From the NCBI GenBank assembly GCA_002633005.1, contig NMRA01000206.1, positions 630,971 through 694,970 on the forward strand: a stretch of DNA of 64,000 nt, given 5' to 3'. Shown one piece after another: positions 39,703 through 53,036 of the stretch. The first letter of the stretch is position 1. Every line of letters starts with the position of its first letter. Both the position numbers and the translations under genes were made by a program. Under the pieces are notes generated by a model. The model was given only the letters and a program-made list of their open reading frames with translations, was not told where the DNA came from and did no database searches. The stretch is from Phoronis australis (taxonomy: Eukaryota > Animalia > Phoronida).

Positions 39703-42700
39703 GGCCGCTTATTAGGGCGAATACGGTAATATTTCAGAAGGACAATACTTAGTATCCTTTATGAACGGGGACCCTTTTGTTACATTAGGAGTGGGACTGG
39801 TACATTATGAACCCTACAGGTGGCATAGGACTTTACAAAACTGGTTGAAGAATTTTGTTTTCGTCATAAACGTTCGTTTGAAAGGCTTAAGTTTGGAAAT
39901 GTTAGGACTTAAGGCGAAAATTTAAAAATCATTTGTCCGCTTACAAAAATTTAACATTGAATAATAAAAACAACCTTCACACCCATCTAGTGTTCCTGTT
40001 CCATGTTTTCAAAGAAGTTGGTTGCATTTTCATAGACTGCAGTCGAGAGATTTTGTGCGGCATATATTCGACATGAAATGAGTGTGTAACCTGCTGTTGA
40101 ATTGCGAGATAGATTTCGGGGAGACAAATTGGTTATTTCTGGACTATTAATGTGATCTTTATTGATGTTAAACGTTTTACTAGCATTCAATTTATTTGTA
40201 CACGGATTTATAAATCGGCTAAGTCGGTGATCCAAATCCCGACAAAATGTGCGCATTCTGCTGAGATAGTAACCACCCGATTAGGGCCATTGAATATGAC
40301 TAATTTGGTTAATTCGCACACTAGGCTATGGCTTAAGTTCCTCGTAAGGACAGGAGTTCCTGAATCACTATCTTTTGAAAGTTTTTTCTCTCACAGCCGA
40401 TTATGGGGTCTGCGTACGCTATGGAAGCTAACGCCTTTGCATTTCGCCTGTGTGGCCGAACACCCGACAACACAGCAACATGATTAGCAGAAGACGTACT
40501 TGCCGGAATTAACACCAGACAATCTGGCCAGGTGACGCTAGTGAATAATGACGTAACGGCTTGTGCTAAACATCACAGATTTCGTTCATTGCAACGCCAG
40601 AAATATCTGACATGGGCAGTGCGCATGCGCAGCCAGCAGCTAACTATTCCCCCACAGAAATACACACAAGAAGGGGTTTTCCGAGGAATTTTGATTTAGG
40701 GGAGACAACTCTGCAATTTGCCGATAGCTAGCGAGAAAAACATAGATCTAAGGATTCATTATGCTGAATATTGGAAAGATTGGTGAAGATTTTTCGGTGT
40801 CCATTGAAGTTTGAAGTTTGCCCATGTTGATGGTACACAGCCAATCGCCCGGAAGGCAATATTTGAGCCCAAACCCATTTTCAAATCAAATCTGTGGAGA
40901 GCATAATTCAGTTCCCTTGTTTGCCGATAGCGGAGGTCACAAACGGTGTGACCTAGATATCACAAATGCTGTTTTCGAACGAATTTTCTGAAAAAAACCA
41001 GTGTCCAACAGGGTGTTGAAAACGGGTTTGCGGCCAGAAATGTAAAAAGCAGTCACTTAAAGTTTCGTGGTCTGTAGCACGATTTGCAAGCCCTAATGAG
41101 GAAGATGCAGCCCGGAATGATTATGTTCATTTTCAGTAGTGCAACAAGAAGCAGTCGGTCATGTATTTTGCTAAAAAAATGAATTCTGAAATTATTGAAC
41201 ATAGAGCACTTCATGAGACGCAGCTAGGTTAAGGTTGTACTAGATCTTTTTAACATTATATTGCTGTTTTTAATTTATGCTGTGTTGATGAAGGTATCAC
41301 ATTTTAAAAAACGAACTCCATACCAATAGACGGATCCATGGAATTAAGATGATGGGGGCCCCGACCTCAGTTTCTGAAGGATAAACCTTCATAATAGCCT
41401 TGCAAGGGGCGTGACGTCAATTTTTGTAGGACAAACCCTCATGAGATCCCTGAAAACGAAAGGTCGGCCCCATTTTTATCGTGTGCAGAATGAGAGAGCC
41501 CGGGCCCCCTCGGACCCCCTATATCCATCTATGCAGCGTACTATCACGGTTTGATAGGCGGATCCAGGGGCGTCAGAGTTTCGGATCCCTTTTTCCCTTG
41601 ATTTTAATTATGTAAAATCTAGAATTTTCGAATTGTTGACTTGGACCCCTTTTTAAATAAAACCTGGATCTGCCCCTGCGTTTGGTTTCAAAACAGATTG
41701 TGCGTGTACAGATAAATAACTTGGAACGAAATTTTATCATTCCTGAATCGGTAGTAGGTATCAGAAATGGCTAAGGATTTCAGGAACTGAAAACCACATG
41801 TCAATGCCATTTTTATCGTGTGCGAAAGGGAAGCCTAAATCCACTTATGCAGTGTAAAGTTTGGTTTCAAAACAGATTGCGCCGGTAAATGTACAAGTAA
41901 ATAATATGGAATGGACTTTCCAGCAACAGAAACAGGAGTTCATATAGTAACCAGAAAAAAAAACAAATGAGTAATTTTTATTCAAAACTTTATTTTTTAT
42001 AACGATAAACATACAAAATGCCACCAATGCTGCTTTAAATAGCAGTGTTCAGATTTAAATAGTAAATTACTAGAATGGAAGATTTAGCCGTGTTTGCATG
42101 CAATATGAGAAAAATTTCTACCACGAGGAATAACTGAATTTCAACACATGTGAAAATAATCATAAGAGATCAAGTAACAAAATAAAATCTAGTGTAAAAT
42201 ATATCAGCACTACTTTCATACAACTCTAACTTTTGCACGGTGTCATAGATGACATCTGATGCACTTCAAAAATAAAAAATAAAACAAATATATTCATGCC
42301 AGCCCTCGCTATAGGCGAAAATGCTTGCTCGAAAATACGAGTTACCGCATATTCTGCACTTGTATTCCCGGATTTGGACTCGCAAAAATGACGACCTAAA
42401 AAAAGCTAAACGTTCGCTCCGTGCCTGTTAGATTGTATGGGTGAGGTCAATTTCCCATTCATACTTATCTTTTTAAATCGTATTTTCAAGTATGTACATG
42501 CTTAATTATGTCGAGCCCTGCATGCAATGAATATAGTATTGGGATAATACCGACTTTACCCTAGCTCAGATTGGAATCATCTACCAATGGTCACTACAAT
42601 ACTGCGAAAAGTGCTCGTTTTGACCGCCTCTTGATTTTGAGAGTTGGCAATAGCTTGGTGTACAGAGGGGCAAAGTCTGGTGTTAAAGGCACTGTGGTTC

Positions 42701-45700
42701 CCAACTGCAGTCTCTCTGCACTCTGGCGAATTATGTAAGCAAAAGGTCCAGCCAACCTAAAAATAAAAGCAACGTATCAGCAGCAGAATCTCCAGATTTA
42801 TATAAAATAAATCAACCACATCGGCATTTTGTTAGTCTGAATGGAAATTAATTGGTTTTACAGCATAATGCCATAATGCTAACCTAAAGATACTTATTTT
42901 AAGCCTGAGGACTGAGGTCAGACAGCTGTGCTTATGTTGCAATAGTGCATACGTGCAGAAATAAATTCGTTGAGTGGGAAAGTGTAACAGACGTAATAAA
43001 TCGACAGTAAAATCATTAAGTAATTGTGTGCAGCAACAACTCGGTTGGTCTGCAGTCACTGAGTCTGATCACTGAATCAGCTGAGCTGTGCTACACCAGC
43101 TATGCCTGGCATGTTTATACTCACTGTTTTCGATTTTCCTCAAGCTATGACACGTTCAACTTGCCGAAATTCCTCGCCCACAGTCTCGACGTGCTTCGGT
43201 AATTTAGATTCCGTGATATCAATATCAGATTCCACCAAACTTTTAAGTTAATTTCAATTCTTGTCGATCACCTCCTTCGTGAGTGTAAACACAAAACAAG
43301 GGAACTGACCTCTGACCTAGACTGTGATTGGCAAACACTCACACAACGATCGCCACCTTGCGGATGGCCTAGTTCACGAATTTCTGGTGATGGAAAGTAC
43401 ATGGAGTTGGCGGTCCATGAACTATAGTCTATGATGTCATCGAGAAACTATCAGGGCTGCGTTCCGTAGACTGCAAATCGTTAATTAGATGTAGCTTCCA
43501 CGTGAGGTGAGAAATCGTGGCTTATGGAACGGAAGCAGCGAATTCTATCCCATAATTTGTAAATGCAATGGCATAATTCAACATTCCAATCTCACCGATC
43601 AATCACTTCAGTGGCCGCCATTTTGCTAGGATAGGCTAGTAAGCTCCTGAACATACTCGCGAAAAACTCGCCTTTCGCTCTCATGAATTTGCATAGTTTT
43701 AGCCTACTTGATCTCGCGGTTCTCGCAATAAACTTGGTCTACAGAACACTGCCCAGATTTCTTAGCCGGTGTGGGCTCCTTAAAGGAGAGAACCTTACGA
43801 AGTCGCAAGGTCACTCAGGCACAGGACATGAGATGTAATTGTTTTTTAGTGGATGTAAACTCATAGGGTATTCCAATCTTATTCATTTTGATTAGATCTT
43901 ACAAATTTAACATTAAAAAGTATACATGAACAACATAGAACAACATAAAAATACTTTTGTTTGATGCATTACCATTATTTCTATAAAAAGGTGTCGTAGG
44001 CTGCCGATTTAGGTAGCAGTTATTAACCGTGAACATGCAACGAAAAGAACGTTACCAGTATCGGTGGAAGTCATGTTGAGAAACTAGCACATACATGTAA
44101 CCCAACTCATTAAGACTGAGAGCGTGTACTTTGTATCAGATTTGGATTAGCAATGGACTTTGCACAAAATGCCGTCACGGGCACATGTAAAGAAAAGTAG
44201 TACTTGAGTAGTAATCCATTCATATCTACACAAAACACATAAGCACTTTGAATATGCCTTTGACGTTGTTTATGCAAGTGGCTGTGGACTTTATCAGAAA
44301 AGCAATACTTGAGAAGTTATACATGAAACACCAGCATACGGGACATAAATCTCAACTGTGATCTGAGTGAAGTAGCACCGAAAGACTTCATACAACATGT
44401 ATATCAATCGCATTTATTTAGATTACATATAAAATTGGTTTATTTTACCACTGATCAATCACATATTGCCATTTTACAATGTAGTTATTAATAACAGGAC
44501 GCTGAACCCTTGTTTTTCAACCAGTTTCATAATAATTATATTTTTCGAATCAAGCACGAAACAATTCAAACACGTCCATGCTTTGATTCTGTCATCATTT
44601 AGCGTTTCAACCTTCTTAGTTAAAACGGTATCACTCTGCCGAGGTCTTCTGATTTGGTTTGAAAGGGAATGAATTGAATCATGACCACCATTCAAAAAAA
44701 CGCTGGCCCGGGGCCAGTGGATTTACAGCCGGGCCAGTAAAGTTTCACATATAGGCCCATATGGAGTAGTCTCATATTCAAATAAATGACCCGGCCGGTC
44801 AGCACATTTATTTGCTGAAGCTCGAACATGTATCATGACCTCATGCAGACAAGGTCATTCGATACAAAATTCGTCCATTTTCGTGTGATATTATCTTGTA
44901 CTTTACTACATATATCTACGTATTATCTTCATACGGAAAATGACGAATTGCATTGAGTAAGCATGCGTGCAAAGTAGCGGTGTGTTTTAAAAGACATTTC
45001 TAATAACCCTTCGAAAAAAGTAACAGACTTTCTGACGCTATAGTAACGAACGGGAATTGAACGATGCAATCTCAACCTTTCACTTTCCTCGCATAATATC
45101 GTTCATGGCATTGCTGATCGCTCAAAATGAAAGATTTCTAAGCCCAAGTTATTATAGGCCTACAATGTAGCTTTTTCCAACTCAACTCTCTGCATAAGAT
45201 TTCGCTATTTGGTTCAGAAACTAACAAAACGTTTAAATTTTGCAGAGCGAGGGACACTGTCATTTCTGGCACGGAAGAACGCAATTTTGAAGTCATTATC
45301 GAATGGGGACTTTTTTGAAGTTAGTAGCTTCCACCAGAGCTGTAAAACAGAATCCGTTGTCTGTTTTGTGATTCTATTACTAATGTTCCAGTCAATACGA
45401 TTTCTACCAGACATTCACTGAAATCGAGGTCGATGTCTTTATCATTAAAGGTCATCAATGCCTTCCGTTTCTTGCAATGAATATTGTATGCAACAGTTGT
45501 TAGTTTAGCTCCAGTTTTTCCCAAAACTATAACATTACCATTTTAAGATTCTTAAACAAGCTCTACAAATACGTCACAAAATGTTGCAAGCAGAGCTCTT
45601 AAAATTGGGGTGTGACCTTCTGACCCCGATTGCGTTTTAATCGCACGCCGATGCAGCGCGTTTACAAGGTTAACAGTGTCATGGAGGGGTGTTTTCTTAA

Positions 45701-46807
45701 GCATAGACCGAAAGCAGCGGTTGATTACACGCCATAAGTTCACCGGTAACCACACTTTTCGGGTTTTGATATTTGGACGCATTACAGTTACGTTCCGTGT
45801 AAGTAAAATGAGGTAGGAAATGTAAAATAGACATGAAGTATTGATGGCCTTTAAACTACTCTGCAATAAAACGCGTAGTAAGTTAGAGGCCCCGCTAACG
45901 TTAGTTTCTGTAGAATAGTTTTTTGTTACGTTTGGAACATTATAACTCAGGAATGCCGTTTCGGATTCTTGTTAAGTTTTTAGATGCTTTTCGTTAGGCA
46001 CCCTGAACAAAAATTGTTAGGAATGGACTTTAAAGGGTTCTATTTTTTCGTGAGTTGTCCCATTAATGAATGGAACTTTCAAAAGAATTGTGACACCCAA
46101 AATCTACACAAGGATCTCCTTTCCATAGAAAAACTTGATTGTCAAGTGGTTGAAATGATGCTATTTACCCAAAATTGTCACCAATTTAATTTTAATCTCA
46201 CCAATGAATCAGAAAACCTATACGGAATGTGTTTTAAGTATTTTAGGTTTTGGCATAGTGAAAATATCTTCTCTGCACCTTCACCCATTTATAATAAATG
46301 CAAGCGTAGTTTTACATATATTTACAGTGATGTTAAACTGATGTACCATAATATGCATTGATGTGAAAAGACAGAACAAGTTCTGTTTATCCAATATAAC
46401 TATTAGTTTGGGACTTCCTATTTCTATGTTTCGCGAGTGTCTAATATTTTAATTTAAACGGCGACGGTCTCAAAATATCGAGTTGTGAAAAAGGCAAGGT
46501 AACACATCTTGTTTTGTATAGTTATACTGCGGTTGGAATTGAACACATGGTGTTTTCGAGGAATTAACCGTTTTGTTCTTAGTCTTTTCTACTTTGAAGT
46601 TTATAACCTTTGATCCTTGGATGAAGCGCTGAATAGAAAGAAACAAACTTATATTTTTAAAATCGAATAAAAACTCCACTGTTGTATGACTGGGTGGCCA
46701 GTAAAGGCACGGGCCGCTAATAGCTGGACACCGAGTAACAATAAATTAAAAAGATATTAACAGTACAGATAAAAACAGAAAAATACTCTCACAATGAAAT
46801 AATTTAA

Positions 46808-47770
46808 ACAGTACACACCAAAGATTTTTGCACATTTCGAATTACCAGTGGCCACAGACTAAATGTATGACGTAAGATTTAGCCAAATCCATGATTATTT
46901 TGTGTCATTAGCTCGAAATTTTGATTTCTGTTTCAATTTTGCCAATTTTCACATTTCCCGCCATGTGACATCATGGGTTGAACACAAGAAATCAGCGACT
47001 AGTATTGAACAACGGCGGAGAGTACGGAATTTGAAAGCGACAACGATTATGAGCAAGAAATGAACAAATACTATGAAGAAACGTACGAGAATGGTGGCCA
47101 GGATGACGAAATGGGGTTGCACGAAAGCGAGAACGAGTTTGATATGTTTTCAGCTGCGTACTTTTCTACTTTGAGGCCTTACGAACTGGATCCTCCCGCG
47201 AGAGAAGCGGCCTCGGGCTCGGCCAGTCAACCCAGTCATCCAACAGACGATCCTGAATAAAGAGCCGATGTTCCTGAATAGTAAATATTGTCCTTTATTG
47301 AACCAGGCCTTCATCGTAACATCTCCTCTGATTGGAGTCGAAACACGACTCCTCAAAGTGGGCAGAACACACAGTGGCTTCGGACAGAATCGCTTGGTCC
47401 ACGCTGAGGTCCCACACTCTCGTTCTGCGCACGAAGCGATGACACTACTGCGCAACTTTGGCGTCCTTCGGAACACCGAGACGTTCTCCGCCTGACTACT
47501 GGTGTTGCAGCCTCCGCAAACACATCTTTTCATCCCTCTACGAACCTTCTCGACGCTAAATATACTTTACTTTCACTTCACTCTATACACTTAGTTGCTG
47601 ATCCGAACAGTGTGCCGAACGACTTGGGTTCAACCCATGACGTTGTACATAATTATTATTTTTTCAATTTTTACGTGTTTCTTTATGAGCTGTGCACTAG
47701 AGGCACTGAAATCATGTAAGGTATAATAATAAAATTTATTTTGAGGTACTAGAGTCATGTTGCGTACACT
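46808..47770. mobile_element. Internally deleted Kolobok-like DNA transposon with convergent THAP and KolX-like N-terminal fragments
   Basis: Minus: MKRCVCGGCN...F/PKDAKVAQ*CHRFVRRTR...VCSAHFEESCF (frameshifted THAP C2CH). Plus: 47060-47260 acidic ORF with LRPYELDP (PYxFEP-like). Subterminal inverted repeat tcatgggttgaac(a/c)caag; TTAA at 46804-46807 and 47771-47774. Confidence 0.7.
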
Positions 47771-47789
47771 TTAAAATGCAATTTATTTA

Positions 47790-48900
47790 AAAACGTAAAT
47801 TACATGAACTTCGGGGGAAAGTACCTGTGCTTAGGAATTGGTTTATAATCATAGAAATTGGTTTGAATAATAAGTTAAAGTATTTTGATGAATAAACATG
47901 AAAGGCAATCACTGTCTCTAGTAGATCTTGATTTTAGATATTTTATTATCATTAATACCTCGACATCATCAACGGTTTTAAACTTAAAGACAGCGTCAAT
48001 GGAACCGTCGAGATAATTATCTTAACGTTCACTGCATATTGGTATTTGAGAAGCAAACTTCATTCCAATGTTAAATTAATAGTTGTTGACCTGATCAGCT
48101 ATTTTCTGTTGATCAGTAATGTGTCCAGATGCGGTAGAGGTGATAACCTGAGGGAGAAAAGTTCTGAAGAATGAATTAGAAATTGCGTTTTTGATGACTT
48201 GCCAAGTTTGGCGTATATCGTTTGTTTGCTGTTTTTCATAGTACATACGTTTCGTTTATTTTATTACAGATTTACGTATACTGTTATAATTTCGCAGATT
48301 TAATGATTAAATGCGAGAAAAATTAATCAGGAGGTGCTGTTTTCATTTTTATTGATTTGTCTCTCACTTTTATTGTTTTTAATATACCCAATGTAATCCA
48401 GTCGTTGAGTTTATGTTTTTGCTTATTGAAACGTTTGGGTTTGGAGTGAAAATGTTTATTTACCAAACCTAAAAGAATTGTTCTTAGGTGACTGTAACTG
48501 TTGTTAGGATTTCGAGATAAATCGTTATCTAAGACTGATTCAAAGTCAATTGAAGACAAATCAGTTTTAAAATTGGCGTGAGATTTTTTGAATAAGACTT
48601 TATCTGAATAAATTTAGGTTGATGAGGTTTTACTTTTGTTATTAATACTGAGAGATAAAAATATGGGGAAATGTACGATAAATAACTTAGCAGTTTAAGT
48701 GTACCAGCCTCGGCCATGTTCGTGGTTCGAGAGAATTCTATTTAAATTTGATCAATAAGAGTACACGTGTTTTTGGTGAGACGTCTAGGAAGGGTTATCT
48801 TAGAAAGAAGAGACAGGTTTAACATATAACCAAAAAATTACCAAATTTCGCAATACTAAAAGTTTGTAGTAATATGACATTGAAGTCACCAGCTATCAAG
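47790..48900 (-). mobile_element. Decayed CR1/L2-group LINE (APE end and linker region)
   Basis: RLTKNTCTLIDQI near 48745-48785 (APE TxID motif) and NDWITLGILKTIKVRDK (PWIT..I..RDK linker motif) in ORF 48323-48559. Confidence 0.7.
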
Positions 48901-49129
48901 AAGTCGCCCTTTTTAGCAATGAACTTTGAAGTTGTTGGAATAAAGCCAAACATGAAATCATCGAAGTGTCGTGTCTTTCAGCATTCGACTGTGGTCTATA
49001 TATGTTAAATAGATTCATTTTGGTTTCTAAACCTTCATATGACTTTCTAAAACCGCTCTGAGGTGGTGGCGTGTTACAACTATTATTAAAATCTCTTGGT
49101 GTATTTACACCGACCACTTGTTTATTTAC

Positions 49130-49180
49130 ATTGTCACGACGTTTCGGTCGGTTTATTCCCCAGCCATCGTCAGGTATTCT
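49130..49180 (-). ncRNA. Minimal type-I hammerhead ribozyme core (Penelope-associated); second copy ~50060-50110
   Basis: Minus strand CTGACGA-tggctggggaataaaccgacc-GAAA-CGTC, i.e. CUGANGA...GAAA...GUC, downstream of the GIY-YIG remnant and followed by AATAAA. Confidence 0.65.
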
Positions 49181-49245
49181 TGCGTTGTTAGAACGAGCAC
49201 GGGTATGTGGTACACTCATCGTGGTGTGATTTGTTGATTATATAT

Positions 49246-49327
49246 TGTCCGAGGAAGGATTTGAGCCCACGACTTCTGAAACTACAGATATTTGAGTCCA
49301 GCACCTTAATCACTACACCACGGAGTC
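49246..49327 (-). repeat. tRNA-derived (Leu-like) SINE head or pseudo-tRNA; second copy ~50175-50255
   Basis: gactccgtggtgtagtgattaaggtgctggactcaaat...gtgggctcaaatcc has A-box and degenerate B-box and a long variable arm, with mismatched stems. Confidence 0.55.
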
Positions 49328-51021
49328 ATTCATTTACTTAGAGGGAATTTAGTTGTACTTAAACGTTCCTAAGTAGACTGAGCCAGGTGTCACTTGGTTG
49401 TTTGCTTGGCTGACTGGGACATTGCCTTGAACTTTCATGTACATGGCTTCCTTGATCTTTCTCTCGGTCCAACCTGTTTCACTGTCAAGTGTTCGGATGT
49501 TATTCCACTGGATATTGTTTGTTTCGACCACATGTGTTCTGCTACGCCTGATGAGGTATCACCTTCTCTACAACACCTCTTATGTCCAGCAATTTTCATC
49601 TCCGGCGGACTTAATGTTTCACCGATATATGATTCACCACATTCACATGGGATTTCACAGATGACACTTTTCATGCATTCATTTTTACTTCTTACTATAC
49701 TTGTGTTACCATTTAAATCATTTTTAATTTACTTTTGACAAAATCTATGTGTGTTTGTCTTTCATTTCATTTCTTCAACGTCTTCCCTGTTGTTCATGTT
49801 TTACGGCATTTTTCATGTATTGGCATCATATGTATTTATCTTAGTTTATTTATTTTTGTTTCATGTTTTATTTCTTATCATATTATATACTTTGCATATA
49901 ATTTTAAGTGAGACATCCGGGAGAACAANATGTTAAATAGATTCACTTTGGTTTCTAAACCTTCATATGACTTTCTAAAACCGCCCTGAGGTGGTGGCGT
50001 GTTACAACTGTTATTAAAATCTCTTGGTCTATTTACACCGACCACTTGTATATTTACATTGTCACGACGTTTCGGTCGGTCTATCCCACAGCCATCGTCA
50101 GGTGTTCCTGCGTTGTTAGAACCAGCACGGGTATGTGGTACACTCATCGTGGTGTGATTTTTTTATTATATATTGTCCGAGGAAGGATTTGAGCCCATGA
50201 CTTCTGAAACTACAGATATCTGAGTCCAGCACCTTAATCACTACACCACGGAGTCATCCATTTACTTTGAGGGAATTTAATTATTCTTAAACGATCCTAA
50301 GTAGACCGAGACAGGTGTCACTTGGTTGTTTGCTTGGCTGACTGGGGACATTGCCTTGTACTTTCATGTACACGGCTTCCTTGATATTTTTCTTGGTCCA
50401 ACCTGTTTCCCTACCAAGTTATCGGATATTGTGTTGTTTCGACCATATGTGTTCTGCTACTCCTGATGAGGTACATCGTATTACCTTCTCTACAACGCCT
50501 CTTATGTTCAGCAATTTTCATCTCCGGCGGACTTAATGTTTCACCGATATATGATTCACCACATTCACATGGGATTTCACAGATGACACTTTTCATGCAT
50601 TCATTTTTACTTCTTACTATACTTGTGTTACCATTTAAATCATTTTTAATTTACTTTTGACAAAATCTATGTGTGTTTGTCTTTCATTTCATTTCTTCAA
50701 CGTCTTCCCTGTTGTTCATGTTTTACGGCATTTTTCATGTATTGGCATCATATGCATTTATCTTAGTTTATTTATTTTTGTTTCATGTTTTATTTCTTAT
50801 CATATTATATACTTTGCATATAATTTTAAGTGAGACATCCGGGAGAACAACAAAGTGTACTGAACAGGTTATCCAATACATATCAAGATTTTTAAAATTT
50901 AAGAATTCACAACACTGATGACCCTATCGAGCCAACATGACTAAATGAAAGTGCATGCTGGACGTTTTCTCCAAGGCAATAGGGAGTCCTTCATAAAAAT
51001 TGAACGCAAAATAACGTCTCG

Positions 51022-51148
51022 GTCTCCCTCCCTCCCTCCCCCAATCCCTCAACCCCTCCGTCCCTCCCCTCCCTCCTTCCCTACCCCCCCCTTTCTCTCT
51101 CTCTCCCTCCCTCCCTCCCTCCCTCCCTCTCTCTCTCTCTCTCTCTCT
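51022..51148. repeat. (CCCT)n/(CT)n polypyrimidine tract
   Basis: Direct inspection. Confidence 0.9.
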
Positions 51149-52381
51149 GCTGGTCACAGTCCTTTGTGACGCAACTCTTCCAGGTAGCATCATCTACTTA
51201 CGACTCCTCTTGCAAGTCACAGTCTCTAGTCATACAACACTTGCAGGCAATATCTTCTACCCACGATGCACAGGACAAGCTCTTAGTTAACTTCCTCGTC
51301 GCTAACACTTGCCAAGATCCTCTTTAGAATCTTCCACTAGATGGCTCTGTAGCTTCAACTACATGTACTAAATCCCATCTGAGTATTTTTCAAACTTCCG
51401 CCCAAATTATGATAATGTACTTACTTACGATTTGCTAATAAAAACCACATGATATTATCCAATCATATATCGGCTGTTACGATTTGATCTCACAAATTTC
51501 TAGAATCTTTTAAGTGCATTGACTCCAGAGCCAAAGTAGCAAACATCATCTGAAAATATATCTTGATCTCGACGTCAAAAATACGTGTGAGCAAGATTGA
51601 CCACTGGAGCTATTTGTACTAATTACTGAATATTTATTCTGACAATTGCTACATAGCAGGATTAGGTGTGCGTGCGAGACTGTGTCCGTTTGTAAACGTT
51701 TTTTTTCAGCAGAAACGTGTATTATCCCTAAACCATTTGCAAGAGTAGCTTGTACGACAACACGTGTCGACGTAATTTCGGCTCAACTGAGGTGGAACTC
51801 GTCCCATTCAAAAGGAGTGCGGCGGTTTGGGGACTCACCCCAGTAGCATTTATGGAATGAAGCGCATGATTACAGCGTGAACGGTAACAGGTAACTCGTC
51901 ACGTTGAAGTACAAACCTTGGTAATAATTTACATACCAAATACTGAACTTGATGCGAAAAGAAACACCAGAGTGGAGTCAACATTACTGGAGCTGGTAAA
52001 ACTGACATTCTGTCTCGTGAAATCAACCTGATGTATTAGACGTCCACTGTTTAAATGTTGGTATGCCAGAGGCAACATTACGGTATCACAAATTTGCAGC
52101 CGACACGTGGGTTTGCTTAGTAAACGTCTACTCGAGATAAGGGGTTGGGCGAACTCGTCCCGTTCCCCCTACTACATGTAGTGCATGACGTTTGGCATAC
52201 ATACCATTTTTTAAAAACTTGACAATTGGTTTTGTTTAAGTGTTGCACACACAAGCGCATGCGCCGAAGTTCTGATATAGACGTAGCTGTTGCGATGAGG
52301 CGATTGTTCGAAAACATGCTTCGTTTTATTGAGTTACCTGTGCTTGGATTAATTTCATGACTTTTTACTGGAGATGTTTCT

Positions 52382-52896
52382 TATACAACGGAGGAATCAA
52401 CAATTGGCCGACTTCAAAACCACTTGTCGGACTTAAAAACCAGTCAGCAGGACTGCAAAATCAAATGGTCGGTGATCAAACGCGTTTTCCGGACTTCAAC
52501 ACGAGCTGGCCTCACCCAAAAAACTAGGTGGCTGGACCCAAAACACAGTAGTCGGTGCCAGAAGCAGCTGGACGGTGATCAAACACGACGATCGGACTTC
52601 CTCAGAGACTCGCTTTGAATGTCTCGAAGGATTCTAATGACATGTTGGGTATATTTTTCGTACCAGTTTGTTTGTTTTGTTCAAAATCGGCGATTTGTTC
52701 AGCCACTGTGTTTGAGCACCGACCAACATTTTAGGTCCGGCCTACCAGTTTTTTTGGGCGCGGCCATCTGGTTTTGAGGCAATGGCCAACCTGTTTTGAG
52801 GTCCCACCACCGGCCATTGGGTTTTGCAGTCCAGCCAGCTCTGGTTTTGAAGTCCGGCAAGTAGTTTTGAAGTTGTTGATTCACCCATTGTTATAC
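52382..52896. mobile_element. MITE with long imperfect inverted arms
   Basis: tatacaacggaggaatcaacaa...acttcaaaaccacttgtcggact versus agtccggcaagtagttttgaagttgttgattcacccattgttataca. Confidence 0.65.
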
Positions 52897-53036
52897 AAGC
52901 AATTACACATCAGATTAATTTCAAGCGTTTTATTACACAGCAGGTAAACACATTGGTTGCCAGAGCAGACAATCAACCTTTTCAATTTATCTGGTGGTTA
53001 TTGCCGCGAAGTGTCGTGGCAAATCAGAAAATTAAT

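Larger units (their letters stand above)
49001..50850 (-). mobile_element. Two tandem copies (~49001-49928, ~49930-50850) of a Penelope-like 3' fragment with GIY-YIG endonuclease remnant
   Basis: SVICEIPCECGESYIGET...EHKR...SGVAEHMW...IQWNNIRTLDSETGWTERKIKEAMY is a typical PLE GIY-YIG domain with frameshifts. The copies are separated by a single n. Confidence 0.85.

Noticed and set aside
49246-49327. Functional tRNA-Leu gene
   Set aside because: The T-loop (GCTCAAA instead of GTTCRAA) and stems are degenerate, and it is embedded in a repeat.
49001-50850. Tandem duplication as a definite biological structure
   Set aside because: The junction is a single n, so it may be two haplotypes joined at a gap. 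Tandem PLE structure is plausible but unproven.
50924-51193. Arg/Glu/Gly-rich and Pro/Ser-rich ORFs
   Set aside because: These are translations of the (CCCT)n/(CT)n microsatellite.
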